18,786 nt of DNA, from UHGV virus genome UHGV-1689787; one strand, 5' to 3'. Shown here piece after piece: positions 1 through 8,466 of this stretch (its first letter is position 1; each line of letters begins with the position of its first letter). Source of the DNA: a virus. A program made the translations under genes and the position numbers. The notes beneath the pieces were generated by a model, which did no database searches, had not been told where the DNA came from, and saw nothing but the letters and a program-made list of their open reading frames with translations.

Positions 1-998
1 ACTGGGGAGCACTGCAACACCAGTACCTCGCCGAGCATGCTAAATCCGGTATTTCCCCCAAAGACTGGTGTGAAGCGCAGGGACTGAATTACACATCTGC
101 GCGGCGCTACATTAAAAAGCCAACTGCGCAAAAAACTGCGCAAAAAACTGCGCAGAAGAAAGAGCGCAATGCGCAGACTGAACAAGCCGCCGAAACTGCG
201 CACCATGCGCAACCACCAACCGATGCGCAGACCGATACACAGGAAAGTGCGCAACCCTTCAACCTGCGCAATTACGGCCTTAACGATATGCAGATCAGAT
301 TTGTCGAAGAGTATCTTCTAGATCTGAACAGGACCGCTGCATACAAGCGGGCTGGCTACAAAGGCGAAGGTAATACGGCTTACGTTAACGCCTCTCGATT
401 GCTAAGGAATGCTAAGGTCAACCAGGCAATCCGCGACGCGCTGGACGAACGCTCGCGAAGAGTGAAGGTAACGCAGGATGAAGTATTGAAATGGTGGTGG
501 GATATTGCGACGGCGGACGCCACGCAACTGACCGAATATCACCGCGGCTGTTGTCGTTACTGCTGGGGCTTCGGCCATCATTACCAGTGGCGTGACGCTG
601 TCGAGTTTCAGGAGGCCAAAGAAAGGATTGAGGGGAAGGAAGGGGCCAGGCAACCAGAGGATACCGGCGGCTATGGCTACGACGGAACGCTGGACCCTAA
701 CCCGGATTGCCCGCGCTGCAATGGCGTTGGGATTGGGCGCTCTGTAGTCCACGATACGCGCGATTTAGCTGGTGCTGAGCTCAGGCTATTCGCTGGGGTT
801 AAAGAGGGTAAATCTGGTCTGGAAGTGATCACCCGCAATCAGGATGAGGCCATGAAGATGGTCGCGCAGCACCTAGGCATGCTGAAAACCAAGACGGAGT
901 TAAGCGGGCCGAATGGTGAACCTATCCAGCACAGCCACTCTGTAAGTGCGGAGGACCTCACTGATGAGCAACTCGCCGCAATTATCGGCGGTAAGTAA
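1..998 (+). CDS. terS: Terminase small subunit, 5'-partial (frame opens at nt 3 and continues upstream of the window); C-terminal Terminase_2-like domain preceded by an HTH-like N-terminal segment and an Ala-Gln-rich linker
   Basis: Frame 0 has no stop from nt 3 to the TAA at 996-998, so the listed 288 start is an internal Met. Nt 3-287 translate to WGALQHQYLAEHAKSGISPKDWCEAQGLNYTSARRYIKKPTAQKTAQKTAQKK..., which resembles the N-termini of enterobacterial prophage small terminases as I recall them. Residues from 288 (QIRFVEEYLLDLNRTAAYKRAGY...VTQDEVLKWWWDIA) match the Terminase_2-type small-subunit signature. It sits immediately upstream of the large terminase. Confidence 0.8.
   Translation, partial: WGALQHQYLAEHAKSGISPKDWCEAQGLNYTSARRYIKKPTAQKTAQKTAQKKERNAQTEQAAETAHHAQPPTDAQTDTQESAQPFNLRNYGLNDMQIRFVEEYLLDLNRTAAYKRAGYKGEGNTAYVNASRLLRNAKVNQAIRDALDERSRRVKVTQDEVLKWWWDIATADATQLTEYHRGCCRYCWGFGHHYQWRDAVEFQEAKERIEGKEGARQPEDTGGYGYDGTLDPNPDCPRCNGVGIGRSVVHDTRDLAGAELRLFAGVKEGKSGLEVITRNQDEAMKMVAQHLGMLKTKTELSGPNGEPIQHSHSVSAEDLTDEQLAAIIGGK
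120..272. repeat. Cluster of 9 copies of the palindromic hexamer TGCGCA (plus 2 AGCGCA variants), including a 12-nt tandem repeat (ACTGCGCAAAAA, about 2.5 copies), inside the terS coding region
   Basis: TGCGCA starts at 125, 137, 149, 170, 197, 206, 224, 248 and 265 (9 in ~146 bp). Eight lie in one codon phase (NNT-GCG-CAR) and one in another (CTG-CGC-AAT). The preceding codon ends in T in all eight in-phase copies (ACT x4, AAT, CAT, GAT, AGT). Confidence 0.6.
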
Positions 999-2382
999 GC
1001 AGGCAGCAGCCAGGGAACTACTCAAGCGGCGCAATGCGCGGAACAGCCTCCACGACTTCATTCAGTACATAAACCCCGAATACATCACCAGCAAGTTCTC
1101 TCAGACGGTTTGCGACGCTCTGGATCAGTTCCTGCTGGATATGATGAATGGAGTGCGCCCGATACTGATTCTCGGTGCGCCGCCGCAGCATGGTAAATCG
1201 GATATCGTTTCGCGTTACCTGCCAGCGTATTTCTTCGGAAAATATCCTGAAATGCGCGTAGGTGCGCTGTCCTACTCTGCTGACCTTGCCGGGGATATGA
1301 ACGCCGACGTTCAGCGCATTATGTCCACGCCGGAATACCGCAACATATTCCCTGGCGCCTGGCTGGGCAATAAGCCGGCTGATGGTGTGGCCGTAAAGCG
1401 TAACACTGACGAATTCGGCATAGCCAACCATAAGGGGACGTATGTTTGTGCGGGGGTAGGCGGTCCGTTAACGGGTAAGAAAATCGATCTCGGTATCATT
1501 GATGACCCGATAAAAAACGCCAAAGAAGCACTTAGCCCGACAACTAAGAAATCTATCTGGAACTGGTACGTTTCCACGTTCAAAACGCGTCTGTCGAAAA
1601 ACAGCGGCGAAATCATCATGGCGACCCGCTGGGCGACAGATGACTTATCCGGGCGTGTAGTGGAAATCACGCCGCGCGCTAAGGTGCTGGCGTTCCCTGC
1701 AATCAACGAGCAGGGTGAAGCGCTGGTTCCAGAGTTGCACCCAAAAGAGAAACTGCTCGAAACCAAAACCATTCTCGGGGATTACTTCTGGTCTGCGATG
1801 TATCAGCAGTCACCAAAACAGGCTGGTGGCTCCATCTTCAAAGACGAATGGATCAAGTACTACCTCCCGAAAGACTTGCCGACCAACTTCGACATCGTCG
1901 TCCATAGCTGGGATATGACCTTCAAAGACAGCGAGGGGACCGACTACGTTGTCGGCCAGGTATGGGGCAAAAAGGGCGCAAACGCCTACCTACTTCACCA
2001 GGTGCGCGCGCGCATGAGCTTCACCGCAACGCTGAAAGCCGTTAAACGCATGGCCGACGAATACCCCAAAGGCTTACGTAAGCTGGTGGAGGACAAAGCC
2101 AACGGCCCGGCGGTTATTGATTCACTGAAAAGCACCGTTGCGGGGCTCGTTCCCGTTGAACCGGACGGCAGCAAAGTAGCCCGCGCGCATGCGATCACCG
2201 CTGTATGGGAAGCGGGTAACGTTTTCCTTCCCCATAAAGACATCGCTCCGTGGATCACCGAGACGGTTGAGGAAATTACCACGTTCCCTGTTGGCGCGAA
2301 CGATGACGTTGTCGATGCAATGACGCAGGGGTTACGCGATTTGTATCAGAGAAAAACACTCAGCCCACTGGACATCATGTAA
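964..2382 (+). CDS. terL: Terminase large subunit (ATPase and nuclease)
   Basis: 472 aa from ATG 964, which has a GGAGGA Shine-Dalgarno at 950-955; the GTG at 946 is an alternative start. P-loop-like motif ILILGAPPQHGKSD near the N-terminus and an acidic motif (DDVVDAMTQG) near the C-terminus, consistent with a terminase nuclease domain. Size and position after terS fit. Confidence 0.85.
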   Translation: MSNSPQLSAVSKQAAARELLKRRNARNSLHDFIQYINPEYITSKFSQTVCDALDQFLLDMMNGVRPILILGAPPQHGKSDIVSRYLPAYFFGKYPEMRVGALSYSADLAGDMNADVQRIMSTPEYRNIFPGAWLGNKPADGVAVKRNTDEFGIANHKGTYVCAGVGGPLTGKKIDLGIIDDPIKNAKEALSPTTKKSIWNWYVSTFKTRLSKNSGEIIMATRWATDDLSGRVVEITPRAKVLAFPAINEQGEALVPELHPKEKLLETKTILGDYFWSAMYQQSPKQAGGSIFKDEWIKYYLPKDLPTNFDIVVHSWDMTFKDSEGTDYVVGQVWGKKGANAYLLHQVRARMSFTATLKAVKRMADEYPKGLRKLVEDKANGPAVIDSLKSTVAGLVPVEPDGSKVARAHAITAVWEAGNVFLPHKDIAPWITETVEEITTFPVGANDDVVDAMTQGLRDLYQRKTLSPLDIM

Positions 2383-3725
2383 TGACGAGAAAAAATATCG
2401 TTGGTCGTCTGAATGATGGCCTGGTTAGCTTAATGACCTCGCTCGGCGAGAAGATCGGAGCGGTACGGTACAGCAGCACAAGGCCAGATGTGCCGGATAA
2501 AGAACTTCTCGCGATGTATAAAAAATCGTGGGTGGTGAAAAAGTACATCAACAAAACCGCTGACGACATGCTGAAGTTGCCCCGTAAATTTTCGGGCGAT
2601 GTCGATAGCTCCATAACCAAGCGCATCGCAGACGCTGAAAAAGAACTGAAATTAAACTCAGTCTTTCACAGCGCGCTGGGATGGGCCTCTCTGCTGGGTG
2701 ACTCGCTAATCGTGGCTATCACTGATTGTGCCGATGATCAGATTGCCTTGCCGCTCAATTTGCAGAGCGAAGATATCGTTAAATTCCTGGTGTTTCGAAA
2801 AGGTGAGTACACGCCGGACAGTAAAGTCATTACCGACATACGTTCGGACTGTTTTGGTGAGCCGCTGACGTATCAACTTGATGTCGGGACAAAGCAACTC
2901 AGGTTTCACCACTCCCGCTGCTGCCGGACAAAACTGGGTAATCACAGTATTAAGGATCGCGCGAAGTTTGGCACGTCAGACCTTCAGGCGCCCTACGAGC
3001 ACATCAAAACGTTCGACACTGCAATCCTGAGCACCGGCGACACCATTCAGGAAGCGAATGTCGATGTTCTGTTTATCCCCGGCATGAATAACCAGATCTC
3101 AGCGGGTCAGGAAGGACAGGTGCGCGAGTACGCCAGGGTGATGAAGGACACCAAATCTTCAACCGGGATGTTATTGATTGATGCTGGTGATACTCAGGCG
3201 CAGGGGCGCTATGAGCAAAAAAACGCGCAATTTACCGGACTGTCGGATGTGATCAGCAAAATGGCGATTGTACTGGCCGGGGCGCTGGACAGACCGATAA
3301 CGGTTCTGTTTGGTGAGTCGGCCAGCGGGTTCAGCAGCGGCGAGGAAGATAACAAATCCTATTACGAGACGATTAACGGCCTGCAGGAGTCCCGTCTTCG
3401 CCCTATGCAGGATTTCGCCGATCAGTTCACGCTGGACAAACTCGCCATTACGGAAAGCCTTACCTACGAATATCCGACAATCGACAGCATTAACGAAGCA
3501 GACGAAGCTAACCGGTTTAGCCAGTATGCGACGGGCTTCAATACGCTGGTAACGTCGTCAATTCTGACGGAAGAAGTCGCAATCAGAGAGATGATTAACC
3601 GCGGCGTGCTGAAGACGGTCACCGAAGAAGAAATTAAGGGGATCGTCAGCGCTGGCGGTGATTCTGGTTCATGGGGGAGTTATGGAACTCAAACTGCTGC
3701 TGGAGCGCCAGCAGGGGCGGCGTAA
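2382..3725 (+). CDS. Portal protein (DUF1073-like, by recall)
   Basis: 447-aa ORF whose ATG overlaps the terL stop (TAATGA, 1-nt overlap), in the canonical portal position between large terminase and head morphogenesis gene. Family assignment is from memory and position, not a search. Confidence 0.65.
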   Translation: MTRKNIVGRLNDGLVSLMTSLGEKIGAVRYSSTRPDVPDKELLAMYKKSWVVKKYINKTADDMLKLPRKFSGDVDSSITKRIADAEKELKLNSVFHSALGWASLLGDSLIVAITDCADDQIALPLNLQSEDIVKFLVFRKGEYTPDSKVITDIRSDCFGEPLTYQLDVGTKQLRFHHSRCCRTKLGNHSIKDRAKFGTSDLQAPYEHIKTFDTAILSTGDTIQEANVDVLFIPGMNNQISAGQEGQVREYARVMKDTKSSTGMLLIDAGDTQAQGRYEQKNAQFTGLSDVISKMAIVLAGALDRPITVLFGESASGFSSGEEDNKSYYETINGLQESRLRPMQDFADQFTLDKLAITESLTYEYPTIDSINEADEANRFSQYATGFNTLVTSSILTEEVAIREMINRGVLKTVTEEEIKGIVSAGGDSGSWGSYGTQTAAGAPAGAA

Positions 3726-4533
3726 GCCTCGCCGCCGGAGGATGCGCCCCCCAACACCGAGTAAGCGCGCAGAGGTCTGGTACCGGGACAGGCTGACGGA
3801 TTTCATCGACAGCATGGTCCTGACGTTTGTTAACGAGCTGGGCAAGCCTGCGCTCACCGATGCTCCTGATAGCACACCTCTCTCGATTACGACGCGTCTT
3901 GCCGCTGTCATGCAGCGTCTGGCGAGCATTTCAATTCAGGAGGTCGCCGCCCGACTCTCTGCCGGATTCGTTACGCGGGCAAACCTGCAGAACAAAGAGC
4001 AGACGCAGCGCACTTTCTCTCAGGCTTTTGGGATTGATCTGACCGGGATGCTCGGCGATGGCGCGATAAAGCCAGAAATGGAAAAGGCGGTTAATGACAA
4101 CGTTGACCTGATCACCTCCATCCATACCGACTTTATCCACGATATCGGCGCGGCGGTTTTCGAGAACATGAAAGACGGTGGCCGACATGAAAACCTCATT
4201 GACCTGATTAAGGTGCGTGGGGAGGTCACCCGCAATCGTGCAAGGTTCATCGCTCGTGACCAGACATCAAAACTGAACGCAGACCTGACTGAAGCTCGCA
4301 ATGTGGCGCTTGGACTTGACCTGTATGAGTGGGGAGGTACTGGCGACGAACGTGAACGGGAAAACCATTTCGTTCTGAACGGCATGCTTTGCAAATATTC
4401 GGATCCGACAGTTTATTCAGACGACGGCGGTAAAACGTGGAAGAAACGTTCCGCCATCGGAGCATTTATCGGTAAGCCAGGAGAAGACTATCAATGCCGG
4501 TGCCTGGCTCTCCCTTACGTCTCATGGGATTAA
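3658..4533 (+). CDS. Head morphogenesis protein (Mu gpF / SPP1 gp7-like minor head protein)
   Basis: 291 aa if started at GTG 3658; an in-frame ATG at 3682 follows a GGGGGAG run but with only ~2 nt spacing, so the start is uncertain. C-terminal region (NRARFIARDQTSKLNADLTEARN...YEWGG...HFVLNGM) resembles the Phage_Mu_F domain. Arg-rich N-terminus (RRKPRRRRMRPP). Overlaps the portal 3' end by 68 nt. Confidence 0.7.
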   Translation: MILVHGGVMELKLLLERQQGRRKPRRRRMRPPTPSKRAEVWYRDRLTDFIDSMVLTFVNELGKPALTDAPDSTPLSITTRLAAVMQRLASISIQEVAARLSAGFVTRANLQNKEQTQRTFSQAFGIDLTGMLGDGAIKPEMEKAVNDNVDLITSIHTDFIHDIGAAVFENMKDGGRHENLIDLIKVRGEVTRNRARFIARDQTSKLNADLTEARNVALGLDLYEWGGTGDERERENHFVLNGMLCKYSDPTVYSDDGGKTWKKRSAIGAFIGKPGEDYQCRCLALPYVSWD

Positions 4534-4536
4534 TCA

Positions 4537-5682
4537 ATGAAATGGAAACGAACACCGCAGGGGTATGTGATTACCACTGCGACGATCACCCGCTCCGGAC
4601 CGATTGAATATTACGGTCACGAGCTGGGGCTCACTGGCAGCGATGCCAACAAAAAAATCACTGTTGTCCGCACTCTCGACGAATTATCAAAACCTGAAAC
4701 ACTCGCTTCATTCAATGGCCTCCCGTTCACCATAACGCACCCCGACGACGGGGAAGTCACCGCCACTGACCACAAAGACAAAGCATCCGGGCATATAGCC
4801 AATACCCGTATCGAGGGCGGCGAGGTGGTCTGCGACGTTTATCTGACGGATGCCGTTGCAATTAAGACGCTGGAAGAAACGGGGATACGTGAAGTATCCG
4901 TTGGATATGAACCTGCTGAACTCGAGGAAAGAGGCGGGAAGTTTTACCACATCAACATTCGCGGCAATCACGTCGCGGGCGTGGCAGAGGGGCGCTACGG
5001 GCCTCAGTGTAAGTTAAACGATAAAAAAGGTAAGCCGATGTTCAAAACATTAACTGACGCCCTGAGTTTCCTGAAGGGCAAAAAACTGAAGGATGCGGAC
5101 GGTGCAGCGCTAACTCCTGACGAACTGGTCGGCATGATCGCCGCGCTGGAAAAAGCACTGGAAGAACTCCAGGGGCAAGGGACTGACGAGGCGACGGCAA
5201 AGGCTCAGGAAGTGTTGGCGCAGCTCGCAGACCTGAAAAAGCAACTGGAAGGCATGACGGGGGCACCATCGCCGAACGATGAAGATCCTGCCGCTGGTGG
5301 TGACGACAAGGATGCGAAAATCACTGCGCTGGAAACCGAAAACGCCGATCTGAAAGCGAAAATTAAAACGCTGGAAGAAGAACTGGAACAGCTGAAATCC
5401 GGCAATGAAACCAGCACCACGCTGGCAGACGCGAAAGCCCGTTTCCCTAAAGTCAGCTTCAATGATGCCAAATCAGCGCGTGACGTGCGCGCCGCCGTAC
5501 TGGTGAGCACTAAAGCATTTAACGATGCTGAGGTCAAAGTAATGACTGACAGCGAAGTCCGCGCGGCTTATGCAGCCATTCAGGCCACCTCGAAGCCACG
5601 CAGTGAAATCGGTGCTCATCTGTTTAACGACTCCGCGAATAAAAGCACTAAAACCGCAACTCAACGCCTTGGGGGTAAATAA
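4537..5682 (+). CDS. Putative capsid scaffolding protein (DUF2213-like N-domain plus coiled-coil)
   Basis: 381 aa. The central and C-terminal part is strongly heptad-like and charged (LEKALEELQGQG...ALETENADLKAKIKTLEEELEQLKSG), typical of scaffold proteins. Located directly upstream of the capsid genes. Confidence 0.55.
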   Translation: MKWKRTPQGYVITTATITRSGPIEYYGHELGLTGSDANKKITVVRTLDELSKPETLASFNGLPFTITHPDDGEVTATDHKDKASGHIANTRIEGGEVVCDVYLTDAVAIKTLEETGIREVSVGYEPAELEERGGKFYHINIRGNHVAGVAEGRYGPQCKLNDKKGKPMFKTLTDALSFLKGKKLKDADGAALTPDELVGMIAALEKALEELQGQGTDEATAKAQEVLAQLADLKKQLEGMTGAPSPNDEDPAAGGDDKDAKITALETENADLKAKIKTLEEELEQLKSGNETSTTLADAKARFPKVSFNDAKSARDVRAAVLVSTKAFNDAEVKVMTDSEVRAAYAAIQATSKPRSEIGAHLFNDSANKSTKTATQRLGGK

Positions 5683-5684
5683 CT

Positions 5685-6176
5685 ATGACTTTCGGATTCA
5701 CTGACTGGGATGGTGCCGACGGCACTATTAAACCAGGTTCAATCAAACGCGCTTCCAGCTCGAACGACAAAGTGTGGGGCGAAGAGAATCTGACCGAAAC
5801 AAAGTTGCCCTACGGCACGTTCGTAGCGGTCAACCCTGACGGCGGCGTGATGCCACTCGCAGCTGGCAAACGCATTCATGGGATTGTGGTGCGTGATATC
5901 TACGGTGATGGTGCACCGCACAATAAGCAGGTCAACGTCGGGCATTTTTCCCACGGCGATTGTGTTGGCGCGCTGACAGTCGATGACGCTGATTTTACTC
6001 GTGGCGCGGCGGCTTACATCGTGGCGACGGGTGCCGATGCCGGAAAGGTGACGACAGAAGCAGCCGGAAATATTGATTTGGGTTACTGGGTGGAAGATGT
6101 GAGCGCGGGTAATAACTGCGTGGCTATCACCCTGGGCTACGTACAACAGGCAGTTCAGCAGACGGAAGGAGCATAA
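5685..6176 (+). CDS. Capsid-associated protein of unknown function (possible decoration or cement protein)
   Basis: 163-aa ORF tightly packed between the scaffold gene and the major capsid gene. Gly/Ala/Val-rich. Function inferred only from position. Confidence 0.45.
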   Translation: MTFGFTDWDGADGTIKPGSIKRASSSNDKVWGEENLTETKLPYGTFVAVNPDGGVMPLAAGKRIHGIVVRDIYGDGAPHNKQVNVGHFSHGDCVGALTVDDADFTRGAAAYIVATGADAGKVTTEAAGNIDLGYWVEDVSAGNNCVAITLGYVQQAVQQTEGA

Positions 6177-6179
6177 CCA

Positions 6180-7148
6180 ATGCCTATGGAATCAGCAGAT
6201 TTCGAAGAAGTGCTGCAGGAAGCGCTAACTGAGCGTGATATGCAGTTGCAAGAAAAAGAACTTCCAGAGATCAACATCGGTGAAGCCCTCCCGGTTAAAG
6301 ACGGCCTGGATTTTTCTCTGGAATATGTGGATTTCGGCGTGTCAGAAGTGGTCGGGTCGGTTAAAGACGGCATCATTGGTAACAAAACCAACAGCCTGAA
6401 AACCATTGATAGTGAAATCGAATGGCTGAAAGCGCCTGTTGGCCAGTGGGCTAAAGCTGCAACCTGGACTCAGCAGGAACTGGAGAAGATCGCACGTCTG
6501 AACATCAACCTGCAGACCAAAAAGCAGGATGATCTGTATGCCAACGCCCTCGCTACCATTCAGTATGCCGGTTACGTCGGCCATCGCGGCGTTAAAGGTC
6601 AGGAAGGGTTGCTGACAGGGACGAAAGTACAGCTTATCACCGACACGTCAGGCAAAACCATTGCCGAAATGACCTCTGATGGGTTCGTGAAACTTGTGCT
6701 GGATGCTTATAACGCGGCATGGCGCAAATCCGGCTATCGTATCCAGCCAACGCATATCGCCATGGACGCCAGCGACTTTATGCTCGCCATGCAGAAATTC
6801 GACCCGAATCCGATTGTTGTGGGTACTGACCTGCTCCCGATTGCGGCGATGGATCGCATTATGGCGGCGCTGCGTAAGGCTTCTGGTAATGAGTCTTTCA
6901 ACATTACTTTCGTGAAAGTCCCGAGCAATTACGCGGTAGGTATCAAATCGGGTAAAACCCGCCTGGCAATCTACACCTACGAAGCCGATTACATCGAAAT
7001 GGAAGTGCATATGCCAGAACTGCTGGCAGCACGACAGCGTGATCTGCTGACCTATGAGTGTGGTTATCGCTCTGCCTTCGGTGGCGCGATGTGGAAACAG
7101 CCGCAGTCCGCGGTGTATGTGGATTACAAATCCTCTCCGGCAGAGTAA
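6180..7148 (+). CDS. Major capsid protein (DUF2184-like, by recall)
   Basis: 322 aa, with a GGAAGGAG Shine-Dalgarno 8 nt upstream of ATG 6180. Size and position (after scaffold, before neck genes) fit a major capsid protein. Confidence 0.65.
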   Translation: MPMESADFEEVLQEALTERDMQLQEKELPEINIGEALPVKDGLDFSLEYVDFGVSEVVGSVKDGIIGNKTNSLKTIDSEIEWLKAPVGQWAKAATWTQQELEKIARLNINLQTKKQDDLYANALATIQYAGYVGHRGVKGQEGLLTGTKVQLITDTSGKTIAEMTSDGFVKLVLDAYNAAWRKSGYRIQPTHIAMDASDFMLAMQKFDPNPIVVGTDLLPIAAMDRIMAALRKASGNESFNITFVKVPSNYAVGIKSGKTRLAIYTYEADYIEMEVHMPELLAARQRDLLTYECGYRSAFGGAMWKQPQSAVYVDYKSSPAE

Positions 7149-7162
7149 TCACAGGGGGTAGC

Positions 7163-7525
7163 ATGGATTTCACCGTTCGTTACCCCGAGTTCGCCAGTGT
7201 TGCCCCTGCTCGAATAGAAGGGGCGCTACAGGATGCAGCAAACCAGATGAGCCGCAAAGTATGGAACAAGCTCTATGAGCAAGGGCTTCATGCTTTAGCG
7301 GCACATCTTCTTTATGCATCAGGTGCGTTAACCCCTTCCGGAAATTCCAGCGGCAAAACTGCCCAGTCAATAACCAGTCGTTCAGTGGCTGGATTGTCTT
7401 TAGGGTATTCCGCCCCGGATGCCGGGTTTGGTCCAAATCACGATGGTTATGCCTCCAGTTCTTACGGCCAGGAATACATCAGGTTACGTAAGCTGGTGGG
7501 CGTCCACGTGCTGGCGATTCGTTAG
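7163..7525 (+). CDS. Head-tail connector / adaptor protein (DUF4054-like, by recall)
   Basis: 120 aa from ATG 7163, preceded by AGGGGG. The longer 7058 start would overlap the major capsid gene by 90 nt and is rejected. Small protein immediately after the capsid gene. Confidence 0.5.
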   Translation: MDFTVRYPEFASVAPARIEGALQDAANQMSRKVWNKLYEQGLHALAAHLLYASGALTPSGNSSGKTAQSITSRSVAGLSLGYSAPDAGFGPNHDGYASSSYGQEYIRLRKLVGVHVLAIR

Positions 7526-7540
7526 GGCGGAGTGTTTCTC

Positions 7541-8113
7541 ATGACGCCAGAAGAAACCTTAAGACTAACCACGGAATATCTGAAGAACCTTCAGGCGATG
7601 AAAACCCATTACGTCGCCGTAGGTTTGCCAGCGGGCAAGGTGGGAAATAAAACCCACGATGACGGAACATCGATAATTGAGATCGGGGCGGTTCACGAGT
7701 TCGGTGCTGAAATCGATCACCCTGGCGGGACGGGGTATATGGCAACCGGTGGAAAAGCTACGTTTACCCGCAAGACCTTCATGGGTCCGGTTAGCGGATT
7801 TACAGCGGCTCACAAGATAACGATTCCTGAACGATCCTTTCTTCGCGCTCCTTTCACCCTCAAAAAGTCGGAAATTAACCGGGCAATCGAAAAGGCCTGT
7901 GAAGCCGTAGGCTCCGGGCGTATGGATGCTGACACCGCATTAAATTTGATAGGCGCGACGGCGCGAAATATCAGCGTGAAGGCCTTTGAGACTGCCGGGT
8001 ATGGCACGTGGTCAGATATCACTGCTGCAACTAAAAAGGCTAAAGGATCGTCTGCGCCGTTAATTGATACAGGCGCCCTGCGTGGTGCCATAACGTGGGA
8101 GGTTCGTAAGTGA
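7541..8113 (+). CDS. Putative neck / head-tail joining protein
   Basis: 190 aa from ATG 7541 (AGGGCGGAG upstream); the GTG at 7532 is an alternative. Contains an IPERSFLRAPF motif reminiscent of HK97 gp10-type head-tail joining proteins (recall, uncertain). Confidence 0.45.
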   Translation: MTPEETLRLTTEYLKNLQAMKTHYVAVGLPAGKVGNKTHDDGTSIIEIGAVHEFGAEIDHPGGTGYMATGGKATFTRKTFMGPVSGFTAAHKITIPERSFLRAPFTLKKSEINRAIEKACEAVGSGRMDADTALNLIGATARNISVKAFETAGYGTWSDITAATKKAKGSSAPLIDTGALRGAITWEVRK

Positions 8114-8466
8114 GCGACTTATCAGACCTTGATATGAGCGACGCGTTAATCGGCTGGGAACAGCCTGTAAAACTCAAAACCCGCACTGAAACCACCATCG
8201 ATTTTGAACCGGTCGTGACTGTTAACAGCCAGGACATTCTGGCGGTGGTGCAAAGTGCGAACAAAGAGAATCTGACGCTGGATAGCCTGGACTGGTCGAA
8301 AGAATATCTGCTGATTCATGCACGGCTGAAAATTGAAACCGGTCAGTTTATTGAGAAGGGAGGCAAGGACTACAAAGTCGTGTCCCCGGCCGATTTTATG
8401 GATTACGGATTCTGCGCTGTCATCGCCGAGGAAACCCGGCTCCCGCTACTGGTGCCAACGCCATGA
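8110..8466 (+). CDS. Putative neck / tail completion protein
   Basis: 118-aa ORF. GTG 8110 overlaps the upstream stop (GTGA) and follows a GGAGG about 8 nt upstream. Positioned between head and tail sheath genes. Confidence 0.4.
   Translation: MSDLSDLDMSDALIGWEQPVKLKTRTETTIDFEPVVTVNSQDILAVVQSANKENLTLDSLDWSKEYLLIHARLKIETGQFIEKGGKDYKVVSPADFMDYGFCAVIAEETRLPLLVPTP

Noticed and set aside
120-272. TGCGCA repeat cluster as a CRISPR array or similar
   Set aside because: Repeat unit is only 6-12 nt, spacing is irregular, and it lies in-frame within a coding sequence. Not a CRISPR array.
402-752. 116-aa minus-strand ORF inside the small terminase gene
   Set aside because: Fully embedded antisense to a well-supported coding region, with no Shine-Dalgarno or recognisable protein features. 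Typical spurious antisense ORF in GC-rich coding DNA.
946-963. GTG 946 as the large terminase start
   Set aside because: ATG 964 is preceded by a near-consensus GGAGGA at the right spacing; 946 would lack a Shine-Dalgarno. Kept as an alternative only.
1311-1772. 153-aa minus-strand ORF (and 1018..1431) inside the large terminase gene
   Set aside because: Antisense to the terminase gene, with low-complexity translation and no independent support.
7058-7162. Upstream extension of the connector ORF to a Met at 7058
   Set aside because: Would overlap the major capsid gene by 90 nt. ATG 7163 has a Shine-Dalgarno-like AGGGGG just upstream and gives a compact arrangement.
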